NCBI GenBank assembly: GCA_001189105.1
Contig: LFCL01000020.1
Coordinates: 1 to 45,470, forward strand
Direction: 5' to 3'
DNA from: Parcubacteria bacterium C7867-002
GTDB lineage: Bacteria; Patescibacteriota; Minisyncoccia; Phycocordibacterales; PALSA-1337
DNA length: 45,470 bases
The translations under genes were made by a program, and so were the position numbers. The notes under the pieces are model-generated. The model had not been told where the DNA came from. It made no database searches and worked only from the letters and a program-made list of their open reading frames with translations. Below, piece by piece: positions 1 through 8,609 of the stretch; the stretch's first letter is position 1, and every line of letters begins with the position of its first letter.

Positions 1-271
1 GAACCTGGCACACGGGAAGCCGTTCTCGATTCTCTCCGAAAGTTCGGAGCATGGATTGAGAGTGGAATACCGGGACGCGATCGGGCACTTGCGGAAATTG
101 GCAAGATACGGATGCAATGCAGAGCCTAAGGTGAAAGAGTGGCTACCACAAATGTCGCTCAAAAATGGAGGAAACATCAATCACTTCCTCCACTTTATTG
201 GGTTCATCTCAAGTTTTTTGAGAGGTGAACGCCATAGAGTTCAGTTCTTTACAACAAATATTGGCATTTAA
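1..271 (+). CDS. 3' part of a hypothetical protein, probably truncated by the window edge
   Basis: Open frame ending TAA at 271; no recognisable motif. Confidence 0.35.
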   Translation, partial: NLAHGKPFSILSESSEHGLRVEYRDAIGHLRKLARYGCNAEPKVKEWLPQMSLKNGGNINHFLHFIGFISSFLRGERHRVQFFTTNIGI

Positions 272-324
272 CCAAACATCTACCGTCAAGTCGCAGATGG
301 CCAACAGCAGTGTTAAGGAGTCCT

Positions 325-1311
325 ATGAAAAAATCCGGATACTGGATAACTCTTCGGCAGAAGCTGGCGTTTCCGTATACGAATACAGAACGTCGTGATG
401 TTCATGACGAGGGGTTGGCGGAGTACGCATATCGATTTTGGAAAGCTAACGGCAGTCTACCTGACAATTACCTACCTATTCCCGAGAAGGAGGAAGGACG
501 TCCGTCTGGTGTCCTTCGCCGGATGTGGGACATCGTCGAGCAGGACCCTTCGTTCAAGGAGGTTGTGCTCGATGTGTATCTACAACACGGATCAAAGGAA
601 GGCTGGTCTGCCATTAAACATCATCCATCGGACATGTGGCGCTCCAGGGTAGTAGCGCCTCAACTCCGGGAAATCGCTCAAAATGCAGTGAAGACTGATC
701 CCGGATATACATTGGGCAAGGACAGTCAGGAGAAAGTCACGGGCCTACTCTTCCTCTGTCTTGAATACGTCGAACTTAAATGGGCGGCAACCAAGCATGG
801 AGATGAAAGCTACTCAGCGGCTTTGTTCAAAAACGTGGACTTAGCTTCTTTAATCTTTGATCATTCCGCATGGAATGTGAAGGAGGTTGAAGAAACATTG
901 GAACGTTTCGAACGAGTTCGCACTTTACACGCCACCAGTCCGACCTCGCCGGAAGGGGAAGATAAGAAGTGCTTCAATGAGGACATCCGACCGATCTTGA
1001 TCGGCAGACTGATGAGTGAAGCAAAAACCTTCGCATCCTGGCAGAAGATCTTCACTCTTACCAAGGATGAGCGGACCAAGACGTTTGCTCTATACCACAT
1101 GTCTGACAAGGCCAAGAGTATCAATCAAGTAGTCCGGCTTCATCAGGATGCTTGCAAGTTCGGCTTTGCGTCGATTATGGAATCAGCAAAGTTGTCATGG
1201 ATGGAGCTGTGCTCCAAGATGTCTCCGGAGGAATTGTTTAAATTACCTCTGGAATTGCAGCTCGATCAACAGTTTGTTGAGGATCAGATTCTCAAGAAGT
1301 GTGAAGATTGA
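325..1311 (+). CDS. hypothetical alpha-helical protein (~328 aa)
   Basis: Long ORF; ATG 325 is preceded by TAAGGAG (314-320), so preferred over the GTG at 310. Confidence 0.75.
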   Translation: MKKSGYWITLRQKLAFPYTNTERRDVHDEGLAEYAYRFWKANGSLPDNYLPIPEKEEGRPSGVLRRMWDIVEQDPSFKEVVLDVYLQHGSKEGWSAIKHHPSDMWRSRVVAPQLREIAQNAVKTDPGYTLGKDSQEKVTGLLFLCLEYVELKWAATKHGDESYSAALFKNVDLASLIFDHSAWNVKEVEETLERFERVRTLHATSPTSPEGEDKKCFNEDIRPILIGRLMSEAKTFASWQKIFTLTKDERTKTFALYHMSDKAKSINQVVRLHQDACKFGFASIMESAKLSWMELCSKMSPEELFKLPLELQLDQQFVEDQILKKCED

Positions 1312-1440
1312 TTGTTCTGCGAAATTCAAGTGGTGTGTAATCGAAAGATTGCACACCACTTTTTCTTTACTCTGCTTGTATTTTTATAAAATTTATATAG
1401 GATGAGCTACGGCAGCATAATTCAAAAACAAAGGATTTTC

Positions 1441-1701
1441 ATGAACGAAATTGAATGGCTAGTTGAACAGCTCAAGAAGCGACTTCCTGAAGCACAAACT
1501 CATGTGGATGCGCCGGAGAGGCCAAAGGGTAATCACTGGTTGGACGTCAGGCAAGGTCAGAAACTCATCACAGTTGAATGGCGACCAGAACAAGGTTTCG
1601 GTTTCTATGCCGCAGATGCAGGTTACGGTGAAGGTCCTGCAGAGATCGTATCAAGCAAGGAGGAAGCATTGGAGAAAATAATGATCTCTCTCCAACCCTG
1701 A
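1441..1701 (+). CDS. small hypothetical protein
   Basis: ORF with AAGGA upstream of ATG 1441; followed by a terminator. Confidence 0.6.
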   Translation: MNEIEWLVEQLKKRLPEAQTHVDAPERPKGNHWLDVRQGQKLITVEWRPEQGFGFYAADAGYGEGPAEIVSSKEEALEKIMISLQP

Positions 1702-1723
1702 GAAAGATTCCAAATCCAACCAC

Positions 1724-1752
1724 CGCGATCTGAAATACGATCGCGTTTTTTT
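1724..1752 (+). terminator. intrinsic terminator
   Basis: CGCGATC-N8-GATCGCG stem followed by a T7 tract. Confidence 0.75.
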
Positions 1753-1778
1753 AATTATCATAATGCGGCATCAAAATC

Positions 1779-1807
1779 TTGTCATCCCACGGTCCGTATG
1801 GTAAGGT
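1779..1807 (+). promoter_or_regulatory. sigma70 promoter of the str block
   Basis: TTGTCA-17bp-TAAGGT with extended -10 TG. Confidence 0.55.
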
Positions 1808-1928
1808 ACTTCCACTGCCTTTTTTGAGGCCAGTACATTATTAGGCAAGAATGAGTAACTGTTTCGGCCATGTTCTCAAGCCAAAAACAGTGAAGAATTC
1901 AGGATTGCCACGAGGTTTACTAATATAT

Positions 1929-2348
1929 ATGCCAACAATCAATCAACTCACCAAAAGTAATCGCAAGCGTTTTACACGTAAGTCAAAGTCAGTTGCATTG
2001 ACTCGTACATTCAACCATATCAAGAACCGTCCCGTCTTTTTTCCATCACCCTTCAAGCGTGGTGTATGCGTAAAGGTAACAACCAAGACCCCAAAGAAGC
2101 CAAACTCAGCTATCCGCAAGATTGCTCGCGTACGTCTCTCTAATGGTGTCGAAGTAACTGCGTACGTTCCAGGTATGGGTCACAATCTTCAAGAGCACTC
2201 AGTAGTACTCCTCCGTGGAGGTCGTGTAAAGGACGTAGGTCTCCGTTATTCAGTGGTTCGAGGTGTCTTGGACTGCGCAGGTGTAGAAAGTCGTCGTAAA
2301 GGTCGCAGTCAATACGGAAATAAGAAGCCTAAGGCGGCTAAAGTTTAA
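1929..2348 (+). CDS. rpsL: 30S ribosomal protein S12
   Basis: MPTINQL start; [17 protein letters not shown] and [19 protein letters not shown] motifs. Confidence 0.98.
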   Translation: MPTINQLTKSNRKRFTRKSKSVALTRTFNHIKNRPVFFPSPFKRGVCVKVTTKTPKKPNSAIRKIARVRLSNGVEVTAYVPGMGHNLQEHSVVLLRGGRVKDVGLRYSVVRGVLDCAGVESRRKGRSQYGNKKPKAAKV

Positions 2349-2357
2349 TACAATACT

Positions 2358-2828
2358 ATGCGACGTAAACTCAATATAAAACGTGATCTCAGAGCGGATA
2401 GTGTCTACGATTCCCTCAAAGTAGCAAAATTCATCAATTATGTGATGGAATCTGGCAAGAAAAACATTGCCCGTGGTGTTGTGCATGATTGTTTGAATTC
2501 AATCAAAGAAAAGGCCAAAGTCGAAAATCCTATGGAAGTCTTCGAAATGGCACTCAAAAACACAGCTCCTCAAATGGAAGTTCGTTCTCGCCGTGTCGGT
2601 GGAGCAAACTATCAAGTTCCTCGTGAAGTTCGTCCAGAACGCAAGCAAGCTCTCTCTATGAAATGGATTGTAGAAGCAGCTCGTTCTAAAAAGGGTAAGC
2701 CTATCGCAGAGAAGTTGGCTGATGAAATCATTGCAGCTTCCAAGAACGAAGGTGAAGCCGTTAAGAAGCGTGAAAATGTTCACAAGATGGCCGAATCAAA
2801 CAAGGCTTTTGCTCACTTTGCGTGGTAA
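2358..2828 (+). CDS. rpsG: 30S ribosomal protein S7
   Basis: EVRSRRVGGANYQVP and HKMAESNKAFAHFAW. Confidence 0.98.
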   Translation: MRRKLNIKRDLRADSVYDSLKVAKFINYVMESGKKNIARGVVHDCLNSIKEKAKVENPMEVFEMALKNTAPQMEVRSRRVGGANYQVPREVRPERKQALSMKWIVEAARSKKGKPIAEKLADEIIAASKNEGEAVKKRENVHKMAESNKAFAHFAW

Positions 2829-2859
2829 GTTTACTATTTACTTTTAATTTTAAGAAAAA

Positions 2860-5007
2860 ATGAATCGAGACAATCCTCTTGAACGTATGCGTAGCTTCGG
2901 CATCATTGCACACATCGATGCCGGTAAAACAACCACTTCAGAACGTATTCTGTACTACACAGGTATGATCCATAAGATCGGTGAGGTGCATGAAGGTGAG
3001 ACAACAACTGACTGGATGGAACAAGAGCGTGAACGTGGTATCACCATCACCGCTGCTGCGATCACTTGTTTCTGGAATCCGACCTACATGCCCGCGACTG
3101 ACGTTTCCAAGAAGGTTCGTTTCAATATTATCGACACTCCTGGACACATCGACTTTACGGTGGAGGTAAAACGTTCATTGCGCGTACTCGACGGGGCAGT
3201 GGTGGTATTCGACGGAGTAGCCGGCGTAGAACCTCAATCAGAAACAAACTGGCGCTATGCTGACGAAAGTAATGTGCCTCGCTTGTGTTTCATTAACAAA
3301 ATGGACCGCACAGGTGCATCTTTTGAACGTTCATATGCTTCTATCCTCGACCGTCTCAATAAAAACGCGGTCAGATTCCAGCTCCCGATCGGTCTCGAAG
3401 GTGATCACAATGGTGTTGTTGACCTTATGCGTATGAAGGCCTATTACTTTGAAGGTGAAAAAGGCATCAACATCATTGAAAAAGAAATTCCTGAAGATAT
3501 GTTGGCTGACGCAAAGAAATACCGCGCTGAAATGATCGAAAAGATCGTTGAAACCGATGAGGTCGCTATGAATCGCTTCCTCGAAGAGGGCACCTTTACT
3601 ATGGATGAACTCAAGACTCTTACCCGTAAGGCGGTGATCGCAAACAAGATTTTCCCTGTGTTCACTGGATCTGCACTCAAGAACGTTGGAGTTCAGTTGG
3701 TACTCGATGCGGTTGTCGATTATCTCCCATCTCCATTGGATATTCCTCCGGTTAAGGGTATTAATCCAAATACCGGTGAAGAAGTTATTCGCACCGCTTC
3801 CGATGCCGAACCATTTTCTGCATTGGCTTTCAAACTCCAAAACGATCCATTCGTTGGGGCGCTCACATTCTTCCGTGTGTATTCAGGAACGATCGAATCA
3901 GGCACATACATATACAACGCTACAACTGGCAAGAAAGAACGTCTTGGTCGTATCGTCCGCCTCCAAGCTGACAAGCGTGAAGAAGTGAAGAAGGTGTTTG
4001 CAGGTGAAATCGCCGCAGCTGTGGGTCTCAAAGATGCGCTGACATCACACACCTTTGCTGACGAAACCAATCCGATCATTCTCGAAACAATTAAGTTCAT
4101 GGAACCGGTGGTTTCTCTCCGTATTGAACCAAAGACAAAGGCTGACCAGGAGAAAATGGGTATGGCCCTCAAAAAACTCGGTAATGAGGATCCGACATTC
4201 CGTATTTCTTCAAACCCTGAAACAGGCGAGACGATCATCTCTGGTATGGGTGAACTCCACCTCGAAATCATGATCGATCGTATGAAGCGTGAATTTGGCG
4301 TCGAAGCAAACGTCGGTGCGCCTCAAGTGGCCTATCGCGAAACCATTCTCGGTACTGCTGAAGCGGAACACAAATATATCAAGCAAACCGGAGGTAAAGG
4401 TCAGTACGGTCACGTCAAAATCACCATCAAGCCACTGGAACCATGGCCAGAAGGAGAAAAGATACCAAAGCACATCAAACGCTATGATGATTTTGAATTC
4501 ATCAACTCTATCAAAGGAGGTGTTATTCCGGGAGAATTTATCCCTGCGGTTGAAAAGGGTGTTCATGAAGCTATGGATCGCGGTATTGTCGCTGGTTTCC
4601 GTTTGGTGAATGTATCCTGTGAATTGACCTATGGTTCGTACCACGACGTTGACTCATCTGAAATTGCGTACAAGATTGCCGCTTCTCAGGCATTCCAAGA
4701 GGCAGCACGACGTGCAAAGCCGGTTATCTTGGAGCCAATCATGAAGCTTGAGGTTATAACACCTGAAAAATACATGGGTGATGTGAACGGTTCTATTGCA
4801 TCTAAGCGTGGCCAAGTCGAAGGTTCTGAACCACGTGGTCAAGCTATTGCCATTCATGCAAAGGTTCCATTGTCAGAAATGTTCGGTTACACAACGGCTC
4901 TTCGTTCTATGACTTCAGGTCAGGGAAGTGCCATGATGGAATTCGATCACTACGAAGTAGTACCTGCAAACGTGGAGAAGGAGATTGCAGAGAAGAGGAA
5001 GGCGTAA
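2860..5007 (+). CDS. fusA: elongation factor G
   Basis: AHIDAGKTT, ERERGITI, DTPGH, NKMD, GMGELHLEI. Confidence 0.99.
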   Translation: MNRDNPLERMRSFGIIAHIDAGKTTTSERILYYTGMIHKIGEVHEGETTTDWMEQERERGITITAAAITCFWNPTYMPATDVSKKVRFNIIDTPGHIDFTVEVKRSLRVLDGAVVVFDGVAGVEPQSETNWRYADESNVPRLCFINKMDRTGASFERSYASILDRLNKNAVRFQLPIGLEGDHNGVVDLMRMKAYYFEGEKGINIIEKEIPEDMLADAKKYRAEMIEKIVETDEVAMNRFLEEGTFTMDELKTLTRKAVIANKIFPVFTGSALKNVGVQLVLDAVVDYLPSPLDIPPVKGINPNTGEEVIRTASDAEPFSALAFKLQNDPFVGALTFFRVYSGTIESGTYIYNATTGKKERLGRIVRLQADKREEVKKVFAGEIAAAVGLKDALTSHTFADETNPIILETIKFMEPVVSLRIEPKTKADQEKMGMALKKLGNEDPTFRISSNPETGETIISGMGELHLEIMIDRMKREFGVEANVGAPQVAYRETILGTAEAEHKYIKQTGGKGQYGHVKITIKPLEPWPEGEKIPKHIKRYDDFEFINSIKGGVIPGEFIPAVEKGVHEAMDRGIVAGFRLVNVSCELTYGSYHDVDSSEIAYKIAASQAFQEAARRAKPVILEPIMKLEVITPEKYMGDVNGSIASKRGQVEGSEPRGQAIAIHAKVPLSEMFGYTTALRSMTSGQGSAMMEFDHYEVVPANVEKEIAEKRKA

Positions 5008-5022
5008 TTCTGAACGTTTTCG

Positions 5023-5058
5023 AACAAAAAAATCCCCCAATCGGGGGATTTTTTTGTT
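5023..5058 (+). terminator. intrinsic terminator after fusA
   Basis: AACAAAAAAATCCCCC-AATC-GGGGGATTTTTTTGTT. Confidence 0.85.
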
Positions 5059-5155
5059 ATCCACCACAACGGAATTATTTCACAACATATTTTTGTATTT
5101 TGATCTATAATACTACCTATTACATTAGTTATTAATAAGAAATAAGGTTTCTTTC

Positions 5156-7855
5156 ATGAATACATCAATTAAGGTTCACAGGATGTCGCTGCTTACACTC
5201 TTTGTGTTGGCAGCTTCTCTTTTTATGCCAGGGGCAACTGTACAAGCACAGACCCCTATCGGTTCATATCCGTTGACTGTCGCCCCCACACCGACAGTTT
5301 GTTATAACTTCGCTACTAATCTTGGTATCGGTTATACTGGCGCTGATGTAGTGGCGCTTCAGACATGGTTGATCGCTCAAGGTTTCGATATTCCATCTAT
5401 ACGGGCAGGCTTCACTCCAAAAGGATATTTTGGTGTTGAGACAAGTCTTGCAGTTAAGAAATACCAAACCGCTAAAGGTATTGAGGCAACTGGTTTTGTT
5501 GGACCTTTGACACGAGCGAGTATCAATATGTCATGTGAAAGGGGAGGTCCAATAGAAATTGGTTCTCCAATGTTTGAACTTGTCTCGACGAGTATTGAAA
5601 CGAGTGGGTATGATATAGATTCTCCGTATCTCTCAGCACGATTTAAAGTCAAAGTTAGTGCGTTTGGTGATGATGTTCTGGTTTCATCAACGAGTCCGGC
5701 TAGTTTAGTATTGTATCGTGCGGGTGTTGCTATGATTCCAGGAAGATACGCTGCAGTTTCTACTGTAAATGAAACATCTTCCAACCTGACTCCCGAGGGA
5801 TATTATCTCATTGAAGAAGGAACAACAAACACCTTCTCGGTAACTTATTCGTACGTAGCTCCTAGTTCAGTTGTGGTGGCAGGTCAATATATGGTGAAGA
5901 TGGAGTCGTTTAAATGGAAAAATTCCCAAGGTCAAACATATTGGCATGAAGGAGGAGATGACTGGAAGACGAGCTATGCAGTTTTGAATGGAAGGGGAGT
6001 GAGTACGCAAACGTCTATGAACGTGCAACTCATTAGTACGAATGCTGAATCAAATAATAGTGATGTGAGTGATATGCTCACGTTTAAGTTCAAAATGAAG
6101 GTTGCTGCAGTTGATGGGTCAGTAAAAATATCCACAAGTTCTTTAGAGGCTGTGGATGTTACGCTTGATCGCACTGGTGTTGTGGTTAATACACAACCAA
6201 ATCAACCAATGTCACATTCACATGTGACTATTCAGGATAATGATGAATGGCGTCTTACACCTGACGGTTATTACCTTATAGAAGAGGGAGAGTCTCATGA
6301 TTTTACTATTACGTATGTGTACGCGGTCCAATCTTCTGCGCAATATCGTGTCACGTTGAATAAAATCATGTGGAAAGATGAGTCAGGCGTTACTCATTCA
6401 TACAAAGGAGAGGATAACTGGAAAACACTGTATGTTTTTGGAAAAGGTCAAGTTATCACAGCACCTTCCATCACCTCCACATCTGCCAAGGCTGCAGGAA
6501 ATCTTGAAATGAATGCCGGGGGAGATTTGGCAATATCAGGCACCAATTTACTTGGAGGTGATTCTTCAAGCTTGAGGGTTTACATTGGAGGTCAATCTGT
6601 ACCTATCACTCAAAAGGATAATACGCTCCTCTATGTCAATGTGCCTTCAAATCTGACTCTAGGATCCTATTATGATGTGTATGTTAAGAATGATCGGGGA
6701 ACGAGTAATACTGTAAGAGTAAAAGTTGTATTAGTTATCACTAGTGCCAACCGTCCTCCAGTCATCAAAGGTGTTACAGCGCCAACTGTTCTCAAAGTAA
6801 ATGATGTTGGTACGTGGACAGTTATGGCTTCTGACCCAGAAAATGGTTCCCTTAGTTACTCAATTGATTGGGGTGAAGCAACTTGTCCTGCAGGATATGT
6901 TTGTTCAGCTTCAAGTGGCGCTTCATTCTCTCAAACATCGAGCTTTACTCATTCATACGCAACAGCAGGAACATATACGGTTAAGGTTACAGTTACCGAT
7001 GCTGCTGGCTTGAAAGCCCAGACGAGTTCAACGGTGAGAGTGGATACGGCGTCTGATACTCTTTATTCTCTAAATATCAAAAAAGCTGGTACAGGGACTG
7101 GAATTGTAATGTGGAAAGCTCTTGAGTGCGGCATTACTTGCTCGACCAATGTAGTTGCTGGTACAGAAGTGACTTTGACAGTGATACCACAAGTGAATTC
7201 GTTCTTCAGTGGATGGTCAGGAGCTTGCACAGGTACATCTTCGGCATGCACTGTAACAATGAATGAAAACAAAACGGTTGTTGCAAATTTCTCGGCCATG
7301 ACTTCCGTCGCGTGTCCCGCTGGCTACATCTGCACTCCTTCTGGTCAGGTAACTGCTTGTCCCGCCGGTTACACATGTACACCGACAACACTTAGTTGTC
7401 CTTCAGGATACACGTGTTACACAAAAGCACTTACAACACCGACTGTCACAGCAACAACTCCGTATATCACTATCGTCAGTCCTCGCTATGAAAACCTCAA
7501 AATAGGCGTCAAACATCAGATCAAGTGGAAGGATAGTCGTGAAAAAGGAAAGGGATTGCCACCTGTATATTACATCCTAATTACAGGTAGCAATGGAAAA
7601 CAGGTTATTGCTGATAATCTTGCAGCCTCAAAATGGTGTGATGATGTTCAGTGTTATTACGACTGGACTCCAACAACAGCATCAACCAATAATCAGATAT
7701 CGATCTACGATACTGCCAATGATCCAAATGCAGCATTGATTGGAAGAAGTACAATCTTCAACATTGAAGCAGGATCGCCAGTTTCTCAAACATCAACAAA
7801 TCTGAACGCCTCTATCTGGCAAGCGGTAAAAGATTACATGACGGGGATTCGGTAG
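5156..7855 (+). CDS. secreted multidomain surface protein: signal peptide, peptidoglycan-binding domain, two tandem beta-rich domains, IPT/TIG-like, PKD, InlB B-repeat-like, CPxGYxC repeats
   Basis: VQA|Q signal; G.DV..LQ..L...G.FG..T..AVK.YQ...TG.VGPLTR (PG_binding_1 pattern); YSIDWGE...HSYATAGTYTVKVTVTD (PKD); FSGWSGACTG...CTVTM...V.ANF. Confidence 0.85.
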   Translation: MNTSIKVHRMSLLTLFVLAASLFMPGATVQAQTPIGSYPLTVAPTPTVCYNFATNLGIGYTGADVVALQTWLIAQGFDIPSIRAGFTPKGYFGVETSLAVKKYQTAKGIEATGFVGPLTRASINMSCERGGPIEIGSPMFELVSTSIETSGYDIDSPYLSARFKVKVSAFGDDVLVSSTSPASLVLYRAGVAMIPGRYAAVSTVNETSSNLTPEGYYLIEEGTTNTFSVTYSYVAPSSVVVAGQYMVKMESFKWKNSQGQTYWHEGGDDWKTSYAVLNGRGVSTQTSMNVQLISTNAESNNSDVSDMLTFKFKMKVAAVDGSVKISTSSLEAVDVTLDRTGVVVNTQPNQPMSHSHVTIQDNDEWRLTPDGYYLIEEGESHDFTITYVYAVQSSAQYRVTLNKIMWKDESGVTHSYKGEDNWKTLYVFGKGQVITAPSITSTSAKAAGNLEMNAGGDLAISGTNLLGGDSSSLRVYIGGQSVPITQKDNTLLYVNVPSNLTLGSYYDVYVKNDRGTSNTVRVKVVLVITSANRPPVIKGVTAPTVLKVNDVGTWTVMASDPENGSLSYSIDWGEATCPAGYVCSASSGASFSQTSSFTHSYATAGTYTVKVTVTDAAGLKAQTSSTVRVDTASDTLYSLNIKKAGTGTGIVMWKALECGITCSTNVVAGTEVTLTVIPQVNSFFSGWSGACTGTSSACTVTMNENKTVVANFSAMTSVACPAGYICTPSGQVTACPAGYTCTPTTLSCPSGYTCYTKALTTPTVTATTPYITIVSPRYENLKIGVKHQIKWKDSREKGKGLPPVYYILITGSNGKQVIADNLAASKWCDDVQCYYDWTPTTASTNNQISIYDTANDPNAALIGRSTIFNIEAGSPVSQTSTNLNASIWQAVKDYMTGIR

Positions 7856-7884
7856 GGAATAGTCAAAAAAGAACCAAAGAAGTG

Positions 7885-7912
7885 TTGATGAACTCAAAAT
7901 TTTTGCTAGAAT
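7885..7912 (+). promoter_or_regulatory. sigma70 promoter for a candidate small RNA
   Basis: TTGATG-16bp-TAGAAT with extended -10 TG. Confidence 0.5.
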
Positions 7913-7918
7913 AGTCAG

Positions 7919-8013
7919 GTAAGTTGTTCGCGTGCCTTTGGGAGAAATCCCAAGAAGGTGCTATCGGCTAAAGCTGGTGGCGAACACACAAAAGCCTCTT
8001 CGGAGGCTTTTGT
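7919..8013 (+). ncRNA. candidate structured small RNA (three-way junction plus terminator)
   Basis: P1 7925-7931/7980-7986; P2 7932-7961 with GAAA loop; P3 7962-7979; bounded by a promoter and a terminator. Confidence 0.5.
7988..8013. terminator. bidirectional intrinsic terminator
   Basis: ACAAAAGCCTC-TTCG-GAGGCTTTTGT between convergent units. Confidence 0.85.
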
Positions 8014-8018
8014 TGTCT

Positions 8019-8377
8019 CTAGAAGACACTAAAGAAATGAGGAGAGCCATTATTTGTTCTGCGAATGATGATGTGGATATTATTCTTACTAATCTTCCAA
8101 AAATCTACGATAGAAACACCATTTTGAATTCTGTGCTGGGATGCAACGTGATCTGTTCGAGATAATATGTGTATCACTTGTGGAAGTAGCTTCAGACGTC
8201 TGATCTGATCTTCAAATTTCTAAGCTTCCTTCTTTTTCGTAGAAGGTGATTTAGTCCATGCCTATTGAAATATATGTATTCATTGGGAAAAGCGGGGCAG
8301 ATGACTTTTCCAATCTGACGGTACAATTCTTTATATTTATTGAGAATATCCTCCTGATTTTCTTTAGGCATCGTCAA
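8019..8377 (-). pseudogene. frameshifted small basic protein, RelE/colicin-like (BECR-type) RNase candidate
   Basis: N-part ...CPAFPNEYIYFNRHGLNHLLRK continues in the -1 frame as FEDQIRRLKLLPQ...IIIRRTNNGSPHFFSVF* (TAG 8019-8021); the shift lies at about 8213-8219. Confidence 0.6.
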
Positions 8378-8444
8378 AGAATATCAATTGGAGATGAATT
8401 TCTTGTGAAGTTAGTCTCAAGAAACGATAAAGGTCCTCTAAAAG

Positions 8445-8473
8445 TTGACGACGAAGTTGAGCCATGCTAAGAT
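8445..8473 (+). promoter_or_regulatory. sigma70 promoter of the tuf-S10 block
   Basis: TTGACG-17bp-TAAGAT with extended -10 TG. Confidence 0.7.
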
Positions 8474-8521
8474 CGTTCTTACGCGCCTAGGTTGGCGTTT
8501 TAAAAACTATTAATAATTTAT

Positions 8522-8594
8522 CCCCGATTGCTTGAACCTTGTCGTTTGAGCGTCACACGTACTCACTCGGACGATACGGTTCAAGTGATCGGGG
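8522..8594 (+). repeat. long hairpin in the tuf leader
   Basis: CCCCGATTGCTTGAACC/GGTTCAAGTGATCGGGG plus inner stem 8540-8550/8566-8576. Confidence 0.75.
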
Positions 8595-8609
8595 CACTAA
8601 AATAATACT

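Noticed and set aside
1851..1928. N-terminal extensions given by the ORF track for rpsL (also rplD, rpsN, rpsE, rpmI, cls)
   Set aside because: Conserved family N-termini begin at downstream ATGs; the extensions overlap promoters or neighbouring genes
7932..8165. 77-aa plus-strand ORF
   Set aside because: Runs through a strong terminator and lies antisense to the better-supported frameshifted gene
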